Of a stretch of DNA of 64,000 nucleotides, positions 11,201-23,320 are shown one piece after another (within the stretch, counting starts at the first letter, position 1; the number at the start of each line of letters is the position of its first letter). The stretch covers positions 1 to 64,000 of the forward strand of contig OZ025651.1 in the NCBI GenBank assembly GCA_964019335.1. The letters are read 5' to 3'. Position numbers and translations under genes: made by a program. The notes under the pieces are model-generated. The model did not search any database, was not told where the DNA came from, and saw nothing but the letters and a program-made list of their open reading frames with translations. The stretch comes from Diplonema japonicum (taxonomy: Eukaryota > Protista > Euglenozoa: Diplonemea).

Positions 11201-13659
11201 CAGAAGTCATCCCGCTTCTCATCCTCTTCGTCTTCCCCTATCCTACTTAGCACGTATGTCAACGTCTCGATGTCGTTCCGTTCTTCGGACAGGTTGTCCC
11301 TGATGTTCTCAGACAGCTCACGAGCAGCCGCGCCGTTGTACTCCATGAACTCCCCCTCCGCGTCACTCCACCCCGCCTTCACGAGCTGTGGGTGGAGCAC
11401 ATTACCGATAGGAGTCTCTAATGCCTTTTTAGCAGCAGCATTTGCCACTGTTGGTGTTTCACAATTATCGAGCGCGCGCAAAAAGTGCTTTACATCCTCC
11501 GGTATTGATGACGTTGGCGACAGCGTCAACTCTTCGGAGATCGGAATCACACGCTCGTTCTGCCCACAGCATAAGCAAACGCACAGCTTCTGCTTGAGAT
11601 CATGTAAGACACCTTCTTCTTCGTTATCCTTCGTTGACAGCTCGTCTTCCACGTCTCCGCTTTCGAAGTTGTTGATGAGAACAGCAATGAACAAGTTCAG
11701 CACTATGTAGTTCCCTATAACAAAGAGCGACACGAAGTACAAGCAGTAAAAGTTCCCGCTACTTGCGCCCCCGATGCGCATCCCGTTGTACATCACAGTA
11801 TTCCAATCCTCGCCGGTGATCACCTGGAACACTGTTGTCGTTGCTGTCCCCACATCATCAAAGTTCGATCTTGGCAGGTTTACACAGTGGTCGGACGCCG
11901 CCAATATGTATGTTTCATTGTCGGCAAGCCCGCAGAACTTCCCACCGAATAACTGCATGCCCAGAAGTCCGTACACGAAGATCACGAGGATGAGAAGCAA
12001 GGTAAGCACGGAGACACCTTCCAAGGACCTCAAGATGGTTTTAGTGGTTGCCCACAGACCAGGGAACTGCTTAAAGATCCTTGCTAGCCTCAATGAGCGC
12101 AGGACAGAGATACCTGTTTTCTTCCCGGATATCTGATTCTGCACAATGTCTACCAGTGACAGGATCACGATCAAAGCGTCGAACAGGTTGGGGCGGTCAC
12201 GAGCAAACTCTTTTACGCCGTAGCCGTAGAGCTTCAGAAGGGTTTCTGCACCGAAGATGCTTGTGAAAATGTAGTTCAAGATTTCCAGCGTCATTGTCAT
12301 GTCATCGGGCTGCCCATGGTGCTCGATCGCCATGGACAGCGTATTGCAGATGATAACACCAGTGATACACCAATCGAAGTGTTTCGTGCTGATGACCTGT
12401 AGTACCTTTTGTTTCACTTCGCTTGTAAATCTTGCAGTGCTCTCATTTTCCTCTGAGGCGTTACTTGGTATTTCGGTTAAAGCGTCGTCGGATGCCTGCT
12501 GGTTAAGCATCTTCTCCTCCTCCTTACCCTTTGCTTCGAAGAAGGCTATGCTGATCATGACCAGTGCTAGGTTGGATATGAAAAACGATCCCACCAGGAT
12601 CAAGATTCCAAAGTACACCGCTGCCCACGGAGTGGTCCCGTCCATGACGTAGTACATGACATCCGTCCAGCCTTCCAGTGTGACGGCCGTGAAGAGTGTA
12701 AGAAACGAGATGGCAAGGTTGTCAAATGAAACCTTTCCATTGTAAGGATTGAAATCTCTTCGACACTCCCACCCCCATGGGCATTGGTACCCGTGGTGCC
12801 CCGGGTTGTTCAGCCGCGTGCATACCCGTCCTTCTTCAACCTCTGTCAAGGGGGATGCTTTACTGTTGACCTGCACACACCGACTCCGCAGGGCTCCCTT
12901 CCAAAGCTGGATGGCGGTAATTGCAAGAAGAAGGATGAAGAACAGAAACAACAGCAGAACGTCCCCGAGCCTCGGCAGCGACTGCAGCAGCGACGTCACG
13001 ATCAGCCGTACTTCCTTCATGTGATTCACAGCACGGAGGGGTCGCAATAGCCTAAATGCCCTCAAGCCTCCGAGGCCGCTGTTATTGCCCCCTAGAATAC
13101 TTGTCAGTAAGATGCTGATGAGCCCTGCTACAACGATAAAGCAGTCGAGCACACTCCAAGGATCCCGCAAGTATGAGAATGAATGCTCCACAAGGCCTAG
13201 ACCTATGATTTTAATGATCGTTTCGATGGTGAAACAGGCCGTGAAGAAGTAGTCGGTGTACTTCACGATCTGGTTCCGTGTGCTGCTCTCGTTGGCCGTT
13301 GGGTCCTCTATTGCTAGGAACAGGCAATTCAGCATGATCAACAGCAAGGTGATTCTGTCGAACCACTTGTTCTGAATTACGTTTTGTCTCACGTCGTTCC
13401 GCCACTGTGACATTGACAGCTTCTCATCATACACAGCGTTGAGCTGCTTGAAGGCACCGGCACTGGTCCCTAGCGGGAAGCTCGCGAGGTCATCGCGCAG
13501 TGCCAATGTTATCAAGCTAGCCCTTTTACCCTTCAAGATGCTCCCCTTCGACATGGCACTGGGCCGTTTATGCATCAATCTCTCTGCACATATCTGCAGG
13601 TCACTCGCAACATCACCGTGCTGCCCCACCTGGATCAGACTTGCCCTTCGGGTCGCCAT
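8281..13659 (-). CDS. Four-domain voltage-gated Ca2+ channel alpha subunit (EEEE filter); introns 9661-9702, 9529-9564, 9384-9418 and 8344-8377
   Basis: Four S4 Arg ladders. P-loops TLEGW, TGEDW, TLEGW and TGEAW. C-terminal EF-hand-like region and IQ motif (IQKVWRG). Short introns join the three listed ORFs. Confidence 0.93.
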
Positions 13660-13799
13660 TTGATCGCATTGCCCTGCCCACTACAGGGCCCGCGAAGCCT
13701 GGAAGGTGATGGGTACACGCATGGTCAAATATTCGAAACTAAAACAGAAACAAATACAAAAAAGCAAGGTCGCGCACCTCTGGTAAGAGGTTCTTTCAT

Positions 13800-16700
13800 T
13801 CAGCTTTCTTTCTTCACTTCGGTCAGCGTTTTGATAGTCCCACCCTTACGTGCGGCTTTAACGAGCTTCGACTCTTTCTTTGCATCCAGGTACACATTGA
13901 TCAAGTTTACTTCCAATCTCCCCCACTGGTCGAGCGCGCCATCGCTAGTGCGAACTGTGATATGCACCTTGTAGTCTCCAGATGGTGGAGAGAGCGACAT
14001 GTGGGCTCCGGGGGGCACAAAACATATTTGATCATCTGGCAAGCAGGGGGCAAAGTAGCAGAGTCGGAAGAGCTCCTGAAGTCGCTTTCTGTCAACAGTC
14101 CTGCTACCAGGCAGGAAATCAATCCTGACGCGCGTTCTGTGGGTTGAGTACTTGCCGATCAAGTCCTGCCCATAATGCAAACACCCATCCTTCACGTGGT
14201 ACTGGTTGAAACGCTGATACTGTAAGAAGATCGCGTCGCTCGTGGGGTTGTCAGACTCCCTGATGCACACTTCTAAGAAGCCATCATTGAGGGTGATCTT
14301 ATCAGGCAGCGTGCACACTGCCTTCGGTAGCAAGCACACTACCACTGTAGAAGGCGAGAATAAAATGCTAGACTCCATGCCCTGCACGTGGATTAATGGC
14401 AGTGAGAAGTCCACAGTCACTGTCGCTTTTCCATCACCCTTGTGTTTTCCATCACTGACACGAACCCGGTACAGCCTCACTCCTTGGTGGTTCCTGTCAG
14501 GTGAAGGTGCAATGACAGTGTTGCTGTACCCAACACAGTTGAGCACGTAGCTTACCTGCAAGATGCATAACGTGGCAAATAAGCATACCAAAGCTAGCCC
14601 AACCTCTTTTACTACTGAATCGAAGCTGATGCACAAATCGCGTTGGTTATTCTGCTAAAATACAAAACAATACGGTCATACCATCACTGGGCTCTTTACA
14701 AAGGACAGTCTTGCAAACGACTCCTCTGGGTTATTGATGTACAAAGTAGTTTCCCCTTTTGCGTTCTTTTCCGTGTGAACGATAGGTGGGTAGATGGTAG
14801 GGAGGGACTCGCTGCGTGCACGTTTGTTATAGTTATCTATCTGCGATTGCTGCTGCGAAGGTGTCAAGAAGCTCAATGAATCGCCCTTGCAGGCGCCACC
14901 GGTGGCTTCAAATGAAAGCGAGCCGCCGTAGAAATTGTTTGTGTCGGGGTCCTCTAGACAGGCGTCACCCAACGGCGCAAGGATCAATCGCTCGAAGGGG
15001 TCCGTCATGCAACCTTGACGATATTTCCACTTATCATGCATGAGTAGCACATCAGTCGGGTTGTTGACTGCCATTATCTCGCATGACACAAAGGCACCTG
15101 TAGTGGTGGTGCTTGACCCGTCCATCAGGCTGAACCTAAAGAGCTTCTTGAGCACATGCGGATCATTGCTAGTGTTCATGTACGTGATGTTTTTCACAAC
15201 CTGTTGTACATCTTTCCTCTTTACCACAGATGTAGTTACGAAAGTGCACTTCATTCTCCCCTTGCTGGCCTCAATCACACCAATGGGTATGTCACCTCTG
15301 AAAACATCAATCATGTCTGCTTTTGCAAACAACGACTCGTCGTCAGCGGCTGCTTCCTTCAACAACACAAGCCTCTTTGCGACGGCTTCGTGGGCTACTG
15401 TATGGCGCCGTTCAGCTCTAACAGGACCTTCTGGTTCTTTGAATGTTTCAATCAGCGTGCCAAGGGCGGAGAAGGGTGTTGGTAGCAACTCGCGGACGGA
15501 GGCAAGTGCAAGGAGCGAGCTGCCAAGTGAACACACCTCTTCTCCCTCGATTCCTGCCTCCTCTTCCTCCCCTTCCTCTTCTTCCTCCTCTTCGTCATAA
15601 TGTACGGACTCAAGGTCGTCTTGGGAAGTACCGTCAGAGCAAGCAAAGCTCAACTTGTATGTCTGAAGTTCTGCATAGCTGCTGTTCACAGGAAGGACGG
15701 GTCTCGGCACCAACCGAAGCGAGTCGGGCTCGAGGCCTACCTTGATAGAAAGCTCGTCTTCCTCACAAAGCCCTTCAGCGATCTCGACCACAACGCAGCC
15801 GCCACTGTAACTGTCAGTGTGCCCTTCATCGTCCATTGCCACTTCCAGTGGTGCGATTCTCTTGTGCCCGCTGCCCTCAATGTATACAAAATCACTATGC
15901 TTCGGTGGTACTCGCAGCAACCCCATTGTAATGCGCAGCGACACCCTCTCCCTAAGTTCTGTGTTCGGGCAGATCGGAAGCTTCACCAACTTTACCTTGT
16001 CGTCCTCCATCACCTTTTTCACAGTGCTTCCAATCAGCAACTCGATATCGATGTTCCGCACACCGTCCTTGGGGCACAGCATTGTTGATCCAAAGTAGAT
16101 GGATTGTAGTAGTGCCTGCACACCTCGTATTGTTGCCAGGCCATGTGGCATCTCACTGAACTGCACCACAATCTCGCAGCAGTCATTCACATTTAACACC
16201 GGACGCTTCTTTGCAATCTGCTTGCCAGATGTGGTCAGCTGATCCTCCGGGCCCCTGGGGGGCACGAAGGTTGCTATCCCTAAAATGTCGCCTTCGTACC
16301 ATACCTGCACCCTCTTGTACTTACCAGGGATGGGTAGCTGGTAACATTTGATGCAACCTCTTCTGGCGTCAGGGTTGCTGCTGCCTACGACTCTTGTTAT
16401 AGATTTCCTCGGAAATATGTCAAGGATAGTGTGATAGTTGTCTAGCCCAGTGCCAGGCTCGATGCTCTCAATGAGAGGCGATTTGTCTATGCCAGCGTAC
16501 AGCAAGATCTCTGCGTTGCAGTCCTGCTCGTCTGGCTTGATAAACAGACGGTCACCCATCTTGAAGCCGTTCGAAACGCTGACCTTTAAATACCCGCCAC
16601 TGAAGTGCGTGGTGTCCACATCATGAAGTGTTGTATTGGGCAAAACACACCTGCTATTTGGCTTGATGTATTTGTAGAACTGATCGGGCATGTCAGATGC

Positions 16701-19448
16701 CACGGCAGAGCGGAAAAGCAGCTTCTTCTCAGGTACTGTGAGGACGGCGGCGTCGTCGTCTCCACAGATAGTGATCGAAAATGAGATTGACTGCAGCGGT
16801 CTGCCTGGCTCTTTGATCCCAATCACGACGTTCCTTGGGCCTTCCTTCGGGTCAGCAGACAAATTCGAGAACTTTAGCGCCTCAACAAGCACCTTGAGTT
16901 CCTCAGAACGTGTTGCTTCCGTGAGCAGGATACGATGCACTGCACCAGGTGACTTGCACCCGAAGTCGTCAGGGTACATCTCCTGAAGACCTCTTTGCGA
17001 AGGTGGGATTTTGTTCAACAACGCCGTTGGGGGGTGGAACCTCTTCAAAGTTCCTACCTGCAGAGTTCCTATAACCCTGTCCATGCTCATGCAAACCTTC
17101 TCCCCTTCCAACCACAACATGTCGGGTATTCTCCGCAAGTAGATCTGGTCATCTGGTGTGTAGTCCCGAATTTCTATGCTAAGAATGGAGCCTTCAAAGT
17201 TCGACTGCATCTGACTCAGCACAAGCCCCGTCGGTGCTTTGTACAATATCGTAGGGCTTTCAGTTATGACAGGAAGTGACACGAGCGGGCGCTCGTCGGC
17301 GCCCTCCACGTACTCGAAGTCTGCGCAAGACTCAATTCGTAGGTACTTCTGCTGCACAATGGTAGACAAGCAGTACTCTGCTTGCAGAGCAACAAATCTG
17401 TCAGGCTGCACTTGCGCACCAGTGCCTACGAGCAAGTTCACCTCAACAGCAACGTTCTGCATGAAGGGGGGCAGCTTTTTTGTTCCTTCCTGTGTCATGC
17501 AGCACCCAACGGAGGAAATTGTGCTGGATATTTCCGCAACTGTGGCTGTCCCATCTGTGGGCAACAACACAGTCAACTTCGACGACTCACCATTCTTGCC
17601 TTCTGTGATGATATAAGGCGTGTTGATGTGCAGAGTGGCGCTGTAAGCACCGGTGCTGACAACTGAGAACTTCAGCGACCCTCCCCACGGTCTCATTTTG
17701 TAGCCCTCAATCTCTTCCATGCCCATCACTTCCTTGCCAAGAAGGGCCTCATTCTCTGGCCCGAGTCTCGACACTTCTTCAGATAGCGTTGAGCACCATT
17801 GGAATGACATCTTGAAGACTGCCATCTTTTCTGACGCGGTTTGCAGAATTGCTGCAGAGGCCTTCTTCACTGCCTGGTACGTCTTCGTCAACGCCTGTCC
17901 TGTTTGTTGGATCACCTGCGCCACGTTTTCCACCTTCACGTACCACTCTTTGTCAAGACTGCATTTCAGATTCAGCGTGTAGTCCAACATTTCATGGCCT
18001 GGTGCATTGATGAATGACACGGCCGCTGAAGGTAGAGTACTTTCAAAAACCAATTTTGGTAGCTCTTCTAAATACAGTTCGTACTGCCGAAGTGACTGGC
18101 CTAATTTCTCTCTCCTCTCAGTCAGCTGCAGAAACTGTCCTTGAATCGCCTCGATGAACTGCCTCATATACATCTCCTTCCCGACCTTCATACTGTCGAT
18201 CACTTTCCTTGCTTTCTCTTCTTGGTTTGTTATTCTGGAACGCTGTTGGTACTTTTCCAAATTAAACCTCTTCTGCTCTTGCTTTGCGCATTCTTCTTTC
18301 CAAGCCTTCTCGCGTTGCTCTTCTGAGTGCCGTTGGCGCAGTCTGCGCCTTTCCTCTTCTTCTTTTAAGTGTCTTTCTAAAAGCAGCTTCTTGATCACCG
18401 TCTGTGCCTCGTTGAATCTCTCACCCACTTCGTCCTTTGACTGCAGCATCTCAGAAATTATTTTCGTACGTGAACAATAAAAGTCCACTTCTATTGCTGC
18501 CCGCTCGCAGGCATAGTGCGCGAGGCGCTGCTGCTGCTCTTGTGATGCTTTGATCCAACCCCTGTGAGCCACGTGTCTCAGGATGCTGCGAGCTTTCACC
18601 TCAATACCCAGTAACCACGTCCTTCGGAGCTGTTCAACAGCCTCCTCAGCTCCCATGCACCCCACCACCCATGCCTCCATCACTGCAGGCCGTTGTCTGC
18701 TCTCCTCGTTCTCGATGTCTATACTTGCTATTTCTATTTTAATTCGGAGCAGTATCTCTTCACCGGAAATCCTTGCAGCCGCACTTAATGATTCGTAGTA
18801 CTTCAAATACCTGGTGTAGTCACATTTAGCGTTGAATACAATACGCTGTCTGTCAGTCTGTTCCTTTCTCTGTATGGACTTAGCCGCTCTTGTGTCAGGA
18901 CACAGTTCAGAAGTAACTCTCGGCACCTCTTTTGTCGGCTGGACTTCGTGTTTCAGATGCACCGCATTCTCGATCTTCCTCCGCCAGAAGCTACTCACCT
19001 TACATTGGCTGATGTCGACCTTCTCGATGCTCTTGCTGCTAGAAATGGACGAGGCAAGAACCCGGGCACAACGACCTGGGATGTCAGCTGTTCCAAGGTT
19101 GAGGGTCTTGTAGGTGTGGTTGCTCTGGATAGCGTAGCACAGGGCAGGGTAGTCTTCAGGGAGCAGTGCTCTGTCACATAAGTCCAGCGTGTCAGCGGTA
19201 AGTTGAGTCGACCTTAACAAGTCCCGCTTTGTGGCTCGCAGAGTTGCCTGAACAGCAGACGGCCGAACATTCCCCACAGTCACGGGCCTGCGTGCTTCCA
19301 AACAGTTCTCTAGGAGCTCTTTTCGTCTACCTTTATGAGTGGGCTTCGGGAGCCACCCTGGGAGATTCTTGGGAGGAAGTTGTGTGTCGGCGCTCAGGGA
19401 CAAGTTGATGAAAGGAAGATCCATAGCGCCATCCTGCGGTGCGTTCAT
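13800..19448 (-). CDS. About 1860-aa protein: N-terminal RNI-like LRRs, coiled coil, then about 4-5 cadherin/adhesin-like beta-sandwich repeats; introns 14652/14655-14681 and 14556-14588
   Basis: LRR pattern (TLDLCD, TLNLGT, KVDISQC). Recurring YxEG...D-D--nf-GG-l-v...D-l...alxxi-f-N-S-DP motifs. A GTATG..AG intron fuses ORFs 14676..19448 and 13800..14636 in frame. Confidence 0.75.
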
Positions 19449-19557
19449 TTTGAGATGGATAACAAATCATGAAAAGAAAAATCGCAAAAATCGTAAACTG
19501 AAACAAGCAAAAGACAGTGGATATCCGAAAGAGCAATGTAAGTGTGGAAACACTTCG

Positions 19558-19962
19558 CTAGCACTCCCCACAGTCAAACACGTCAGACATACTGCAGCAG
19601 GCCTTGTACCGCACCCAGGAGGATTGGATGACAAGTGCTTTGGAATTGAGGAGTTCGAGGTTGTCAAGCCGGCTGCGCTGGGCTTCTCGCACTCTTTTCA
19701 TCATCTGCAGCCTGAAAATTAAAGGGCGGCACTTCAAGTGGTCTTTGTACCACTTCTGCAAAGTTCGTGCGGCACGGTCTTCGAGCCCATCTACAAAGTG
19801 CAGCCTTGACCCGAGCACCTCAACTGGCGTGCCCACTCCAAATACTTCGTACCTCTGCTTCCCCGCACTTGGGCTTTTATCAATCACGACGTCAAACGGA
19901 AGGCACGCCCCTTGCGTGGTGTCTTCTGTGCTGTTTAAAATTAACGATAACGGCCATCGCAT
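19558..19962 (-). CDS. Small protein with IQ-like calmodulin-binding motifs
   Basis: AARTLQKWYK and ALVIQSSWVRYK. Confidence 0.55.
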   Translation of the reverse strand: MRWPLSLILNSTEDTTQGACLPFDVVIDKSPSAGKQRYEVFGVGTPVEVLGSRLHFVDGLEDRAARTLQKWYKDHLKCRPLIFRLQMMKRVREAQRSRLDNLELLNSKALVIQSSWVRYKACCSMSDVFDCGEC

Positions 19963-20143
19963 GAAAGTGATTACCCTGTTAAGTGTGTGACGACGGGTAA
20001 TTCAAAATGACAATAAAAGAGAGAGGTGAAATGTCTACAATCTAAGAAATAGTGCTAGAAATGGGAGTATTTTAGTTATTCTGACAACGTTTTACTACAA
20101 TCTAAAAGAAAAAAGAGAAATTAACCATCTAAGTTTGAGAGGG

Positions 20144-22780
20144 TCACTGATCTTGGATAAATTCATGGTTTACACGGAGGAGTTCATGCCTCGTAAGCCA
20201 GTTCTGCTTAATAAAGAAGTTGAGTAGTGCCGTGGATCTATATAAGTCGAGAGACGTGAGAGTGCGTATATCATAAATAGTGAGGAAGTTAAAGCCTGTT
20301 GATAAGATCTGCCCTTTAGCATTGAGATAGTCACAAGGGAGGATGTGGGTGGTCTGGCAAAGGTCGATCTCGGCGGGGAGGAGGTCGGCAGCACCGTTTG
20401 CCTGTGAGATATCAAGTAGGGTTGCCCAGTGGAGCTCACAAGCAGTGACTTGAGTGATGGCCAACATCCAGGCTTCTTTATCTGTGCTTGTCTTGCACAC
20501 AATGTCAATAGTCTGCTTCAGTTCCGAAGCAACAAACGAGATGCCCCTGCCACTGTCGTCGTTCCCAAGCAACACAATATCCAGCCCATCCAAGGGGACG
20601 CTGTCCACCACCTGCCGCTTGCTCGGTACATCATTCTCATCTATGCAACACATACACAGTGCCGTGTCCGTAAGATACAGCATTGCCGTCTCCATGCTGT
20701 GGGCAACGTACACCGGCGACCCATAGTACAGGTAGTCGAGCACGTCCTGGATTAGGTCCTTCATCTTGATGTCTTTTGTGATCGCGTCAGTCGCCTCGTC
20801 CGTTACATCAGGTGCCTGTACGTTCGGCTCTGGTTCTTCCTCTTCAATAGTCTTCTCCTGCTCTTTCTCTTTTGTCAGCACCTTCACCGCCGCCCTCGCT
20901 TCTGTCAGCTCATCTTCAGTGACCGCCAGCTGTTTTTTCAGATATTCGATCTCCTGCAGCAGCTTCTGATCAGGTACCCTACTGCCTACTTCATTCACCT
21001 TTACTTTGTTTTTAATCGTCTTAGCGGTCATCCCGAACAGTAGCGTCGATTTCGTCTCCTTGCGGTGGTCCTCAGCGCGTGTCACGGTGCATATCACAGT
21101 TGTAAGCGAGTTCCCACCCAAGGATTGCTTCAGTACCTTCGTGAGGGAGCTGTTCCTGTACACGATATGCGGTGTATTCCGTGAGAGCTCTGTAATAACC
21201 TTCTTGAGATACGAAAGCGATAGGTTGATCTTTGTGGTTTCCCTCTTCTGCGTAATATCAATAGTCTCCAAAAGTGACTCCGACCCAGCAAGGTCCACGA
21301 GGTTGAATTGGCTCTTACGCACAGTTTTCTTCGCGCTGTCTCTGACGAGGAGAGACAGGCGGAACACAGTGTGAGACCTGCTGCTACGGTCGTTGAGGTT
21401 ACTGAAGCCGACAGAGCGGTTTTCGCTTCCTTGCTTGAGAAGAGAAAGGCAGTCGGCGGCAGTGTGGACAGACTGCTCACGGAGGCCGAGGGGGGTGAAG
21501 AGCCCTGCCTCTGTCTCGCGTAGCTGGACAGGTTTGCAAGAGTCGAGAAGGTCGAAGATATCCTCATTGTAGATCTCAAAATACGTGGCCTTCAGGTCGA
21601 CACCAGTGTGCTGTTGCGCGGCTAGGTCTCCGAGCAGCATAAATAGATCAGTAATAGAACGGGGGATGAGCCCATCAGTCTTGGAACCCCCGTACATGGT
21701 GTGCGTCTTCCCAGACGATGTCTGCCCGTAAGCAAAGACTGTACAGTTGACGCCGCTGATGTACCTCGCGAGGAGGTGCTTCAATTTTGTCATCTCATAA
21801 ACATCAGCATTGCTGGCCTGCTCAGGGATGATGCTGTCGAAGACGTACAGCTTGTTTGGTTCCGAACCATGGCGCATCACGTTGGCCTCGCTGTTCACCA
21901 CCCAGTTCGACGGCCCGCTGCCTAAAAGAGGCTTCAGACGGAGACACACATTGATGCGCTGCTGCTGCTTGACGAGGCCGGACTCGATGGGGTTCGGTCG
22001 TGTAGGGGCAGTGCGTGTGCTGGCCGCGTTGCTATTCATCACAGCAGGAAACATTTTCATCGAAACCTCGATAGAAATCCCACTGCCGAACGACAGCTCA
22101 CCCTTCTTCTCTTGTTCCGAGAACTGCGTGGCATCGAGCTTCACAGGCTGTCCTAGGACAGCACCTGTCTTGCTGTCATGTGCAGTGAGGTACAAAAGGC
22201 ACTTCTTCCCTGATCCACCCGGCATTGCGAAACCAGGATTGCGGTGGAGGGTGACAGGCTTCACTGTTGTTCTTAAGCTGCTCTTCCCGCATGGTGCAGG
22301 GAAAGGGATAGAGGTAGCCTCGACCTCAAGACGCTTTGCTCTGACGTTGATGCTGTCGTGTGGGGTATCAGACTTGTTGATAATATTGTTGAAATTCAGC
22401 TGGATGGTGAAGTGGCCGGACTCCGGGGGGGTTGGTGGTGTGATGCTGTTGCTGGGTTCTTTTCGGACAGCAAAGACATTCTTCCACACCTCCGTCTCCC
22501 CTGCAAGAGAGTGGATGACCTTGATCCGTGCATTGCCTGGGAAGTCTTCTGCTGTGTACACCGTTAACTTTGCAGACCCGCCTGGGGGGATGACACCCTT
22601 GATTGGCGCCACTGTCACATCGCTAGCACACGTGCTTTGTACTTTGAAGTTCACACTCTCCCCAACCATCCCACCGTCGTTTACCATCTCCAAAAACCCA
22701 CCACTCATCACGTCCGTCTCCCTGCTAAACCTCAGCAAGCCTGTTCTCTTGGGCCTGCTACTCGGCACTGATACAACCAT
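20144..22780 (-). CDS. Kinesin with N-terminal MSP- and C2-like domains and C-terminal coiled coil, PH-like and SWIRM-like domains
   Basis: Motor motifs AYGQTSSGKT, NDRSSRSH, LVDLAGSE, HIVYRNSSLT. Accessory domains inferred from motifs. Confidence 0.9.
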   Translation of the reverse strand: MVVSVPSSRPKRTGLLRFSRETDVMSGGFLEMVNDGGMVGESVNFKVQSTCASDVTVAPIKGVIPPGGSAKLTVYTAEDFPGNARIKVIHSLAGETEVWKNVFAVRKEPSNSITPPTPPESGHFTIQLNFNNIINKSDTPHDSINVRAKRLEVEATSIPFPAPCGKSSLRTTVKPVTLHRNPGFAMPGGSGKKCLLYLTAHDSKTGAVLGQPVKLDATQFSEQEKKGELSFGSGISIEVSMKMFPAVMNSNAASTRTAPTRPNPIESGLVKQQQRINVCLRLKPLLGSGPSNWVVNSEANVMRHGSEPNKLYVFDSIIPEQASNADVYEMTKLKHLLARYISGVNCTVFAYGQTSSGKTHTMYGGSKTDGLIPRSITDLFMLLGDLAAQQHTGVDLKATYFEIYNEDIFDLLDSCKPVQLRETEAGLFTPLGLREQSVHTAADCLSLLKQGSENRSVGFSNLNDRSSRSHTVFRLSLLVRDSAKKTVRKSQFNLVDLAGSESLLETIDITQKRETTKINLSLSYLKKVITELSRNTPHIVYRNSSLTKVLKQSLGGNSLTTVICTVTRAEDHRKETKSTLLFGMTAKTIKNKVKVNEVGSRVPDQKLLQEIEYLKKQLAVTEDELTEARAAVKVLTKEKEQEKTIEEEEPEPNVQAPDVTDEATDAITKDIKMKDLIQDVLDYLYYGSPVYVAHSMETAMLYLTDTALCMCCIDENDVPSKRQVVDSVPLDGLDIVLLGNDDSGRGISFVASELKQTIDIVCKTSTDKEAWMLAITQVTACELHWATLLDISQANGAADLLPAEIDLCQTTHILPCDYLNAKGQILSTGFNFLTIYDIRTLTSLDLYRSTALLNFFIKQNWLTRHELLRVNHEFIQDQ

Positions 22781-23320
22781 TTTTCCTTTAGGGTTTCCTC
22801 CTTTATTGCTAAGATCCCTTTTACTGTCAACAAAAAATAAAAAGGGATGGAAAAAAGAGAGGTGAAGAGGCAGTATTCAACTACGTTTTTTTAATTCTTT
22901 TTCATATACTGCAACGGATACCCCAAAAAGAAAGACGAGAGAAAAAGGAAAAGAAAACCAAGGAGAGCAAATGAGGGGAAGCGGGAAGAGGGGGAAAAAA
23001 GAGCATAGAGAAAACCGTCTCAATTTAAAAAATAAAGGCTGGAGCCACCACCTGGCTGGAAACAGAATCCGGGCGGAGAATACATTTTCTAAAAGAAATG
23101 GGTGCTCTATGCAGAGGGGAGGGGGAAAAAAAACAAGTGGATGAAGGCATCACTTTCGATTTATAACGTAGTTGAAATAAAAAAGTGCAAAAGGGAAAGG
23201 ACTCCCCTCTTCTTCTTCTTCTTTAGTTTCGTTCAAAAAAAAAAGAAACATTAACAAAGATATTCTTCTTTCTAAATCTCTATTCCACTGTACGTAAAAA
23301 AAGAAGGAACCAGAAATCTT

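Noticed and set aside
10415-11710. Long plus-strand ORFs (also 21810..22865, 23345..24433, 29571..30332, 31489..32262, 37499..38245, 58363..59049)
   Set aside because: Antisense shadows of well-supported minus-strand genes.
5893-19962. Ca2+-signalling operon (calmodulin-like, Cav, IQ protein)
   Set aside because: The genes are interspersed with unrelated ones, and polycistronic clusters are generally not functionally grouped; proximity is likely chance.
23030-23160. Possible third dispersed repeat shared with 38660-38770 (aagtggat..cacttt)
   Set aside because: Similarity is too short and weak to support by eye.
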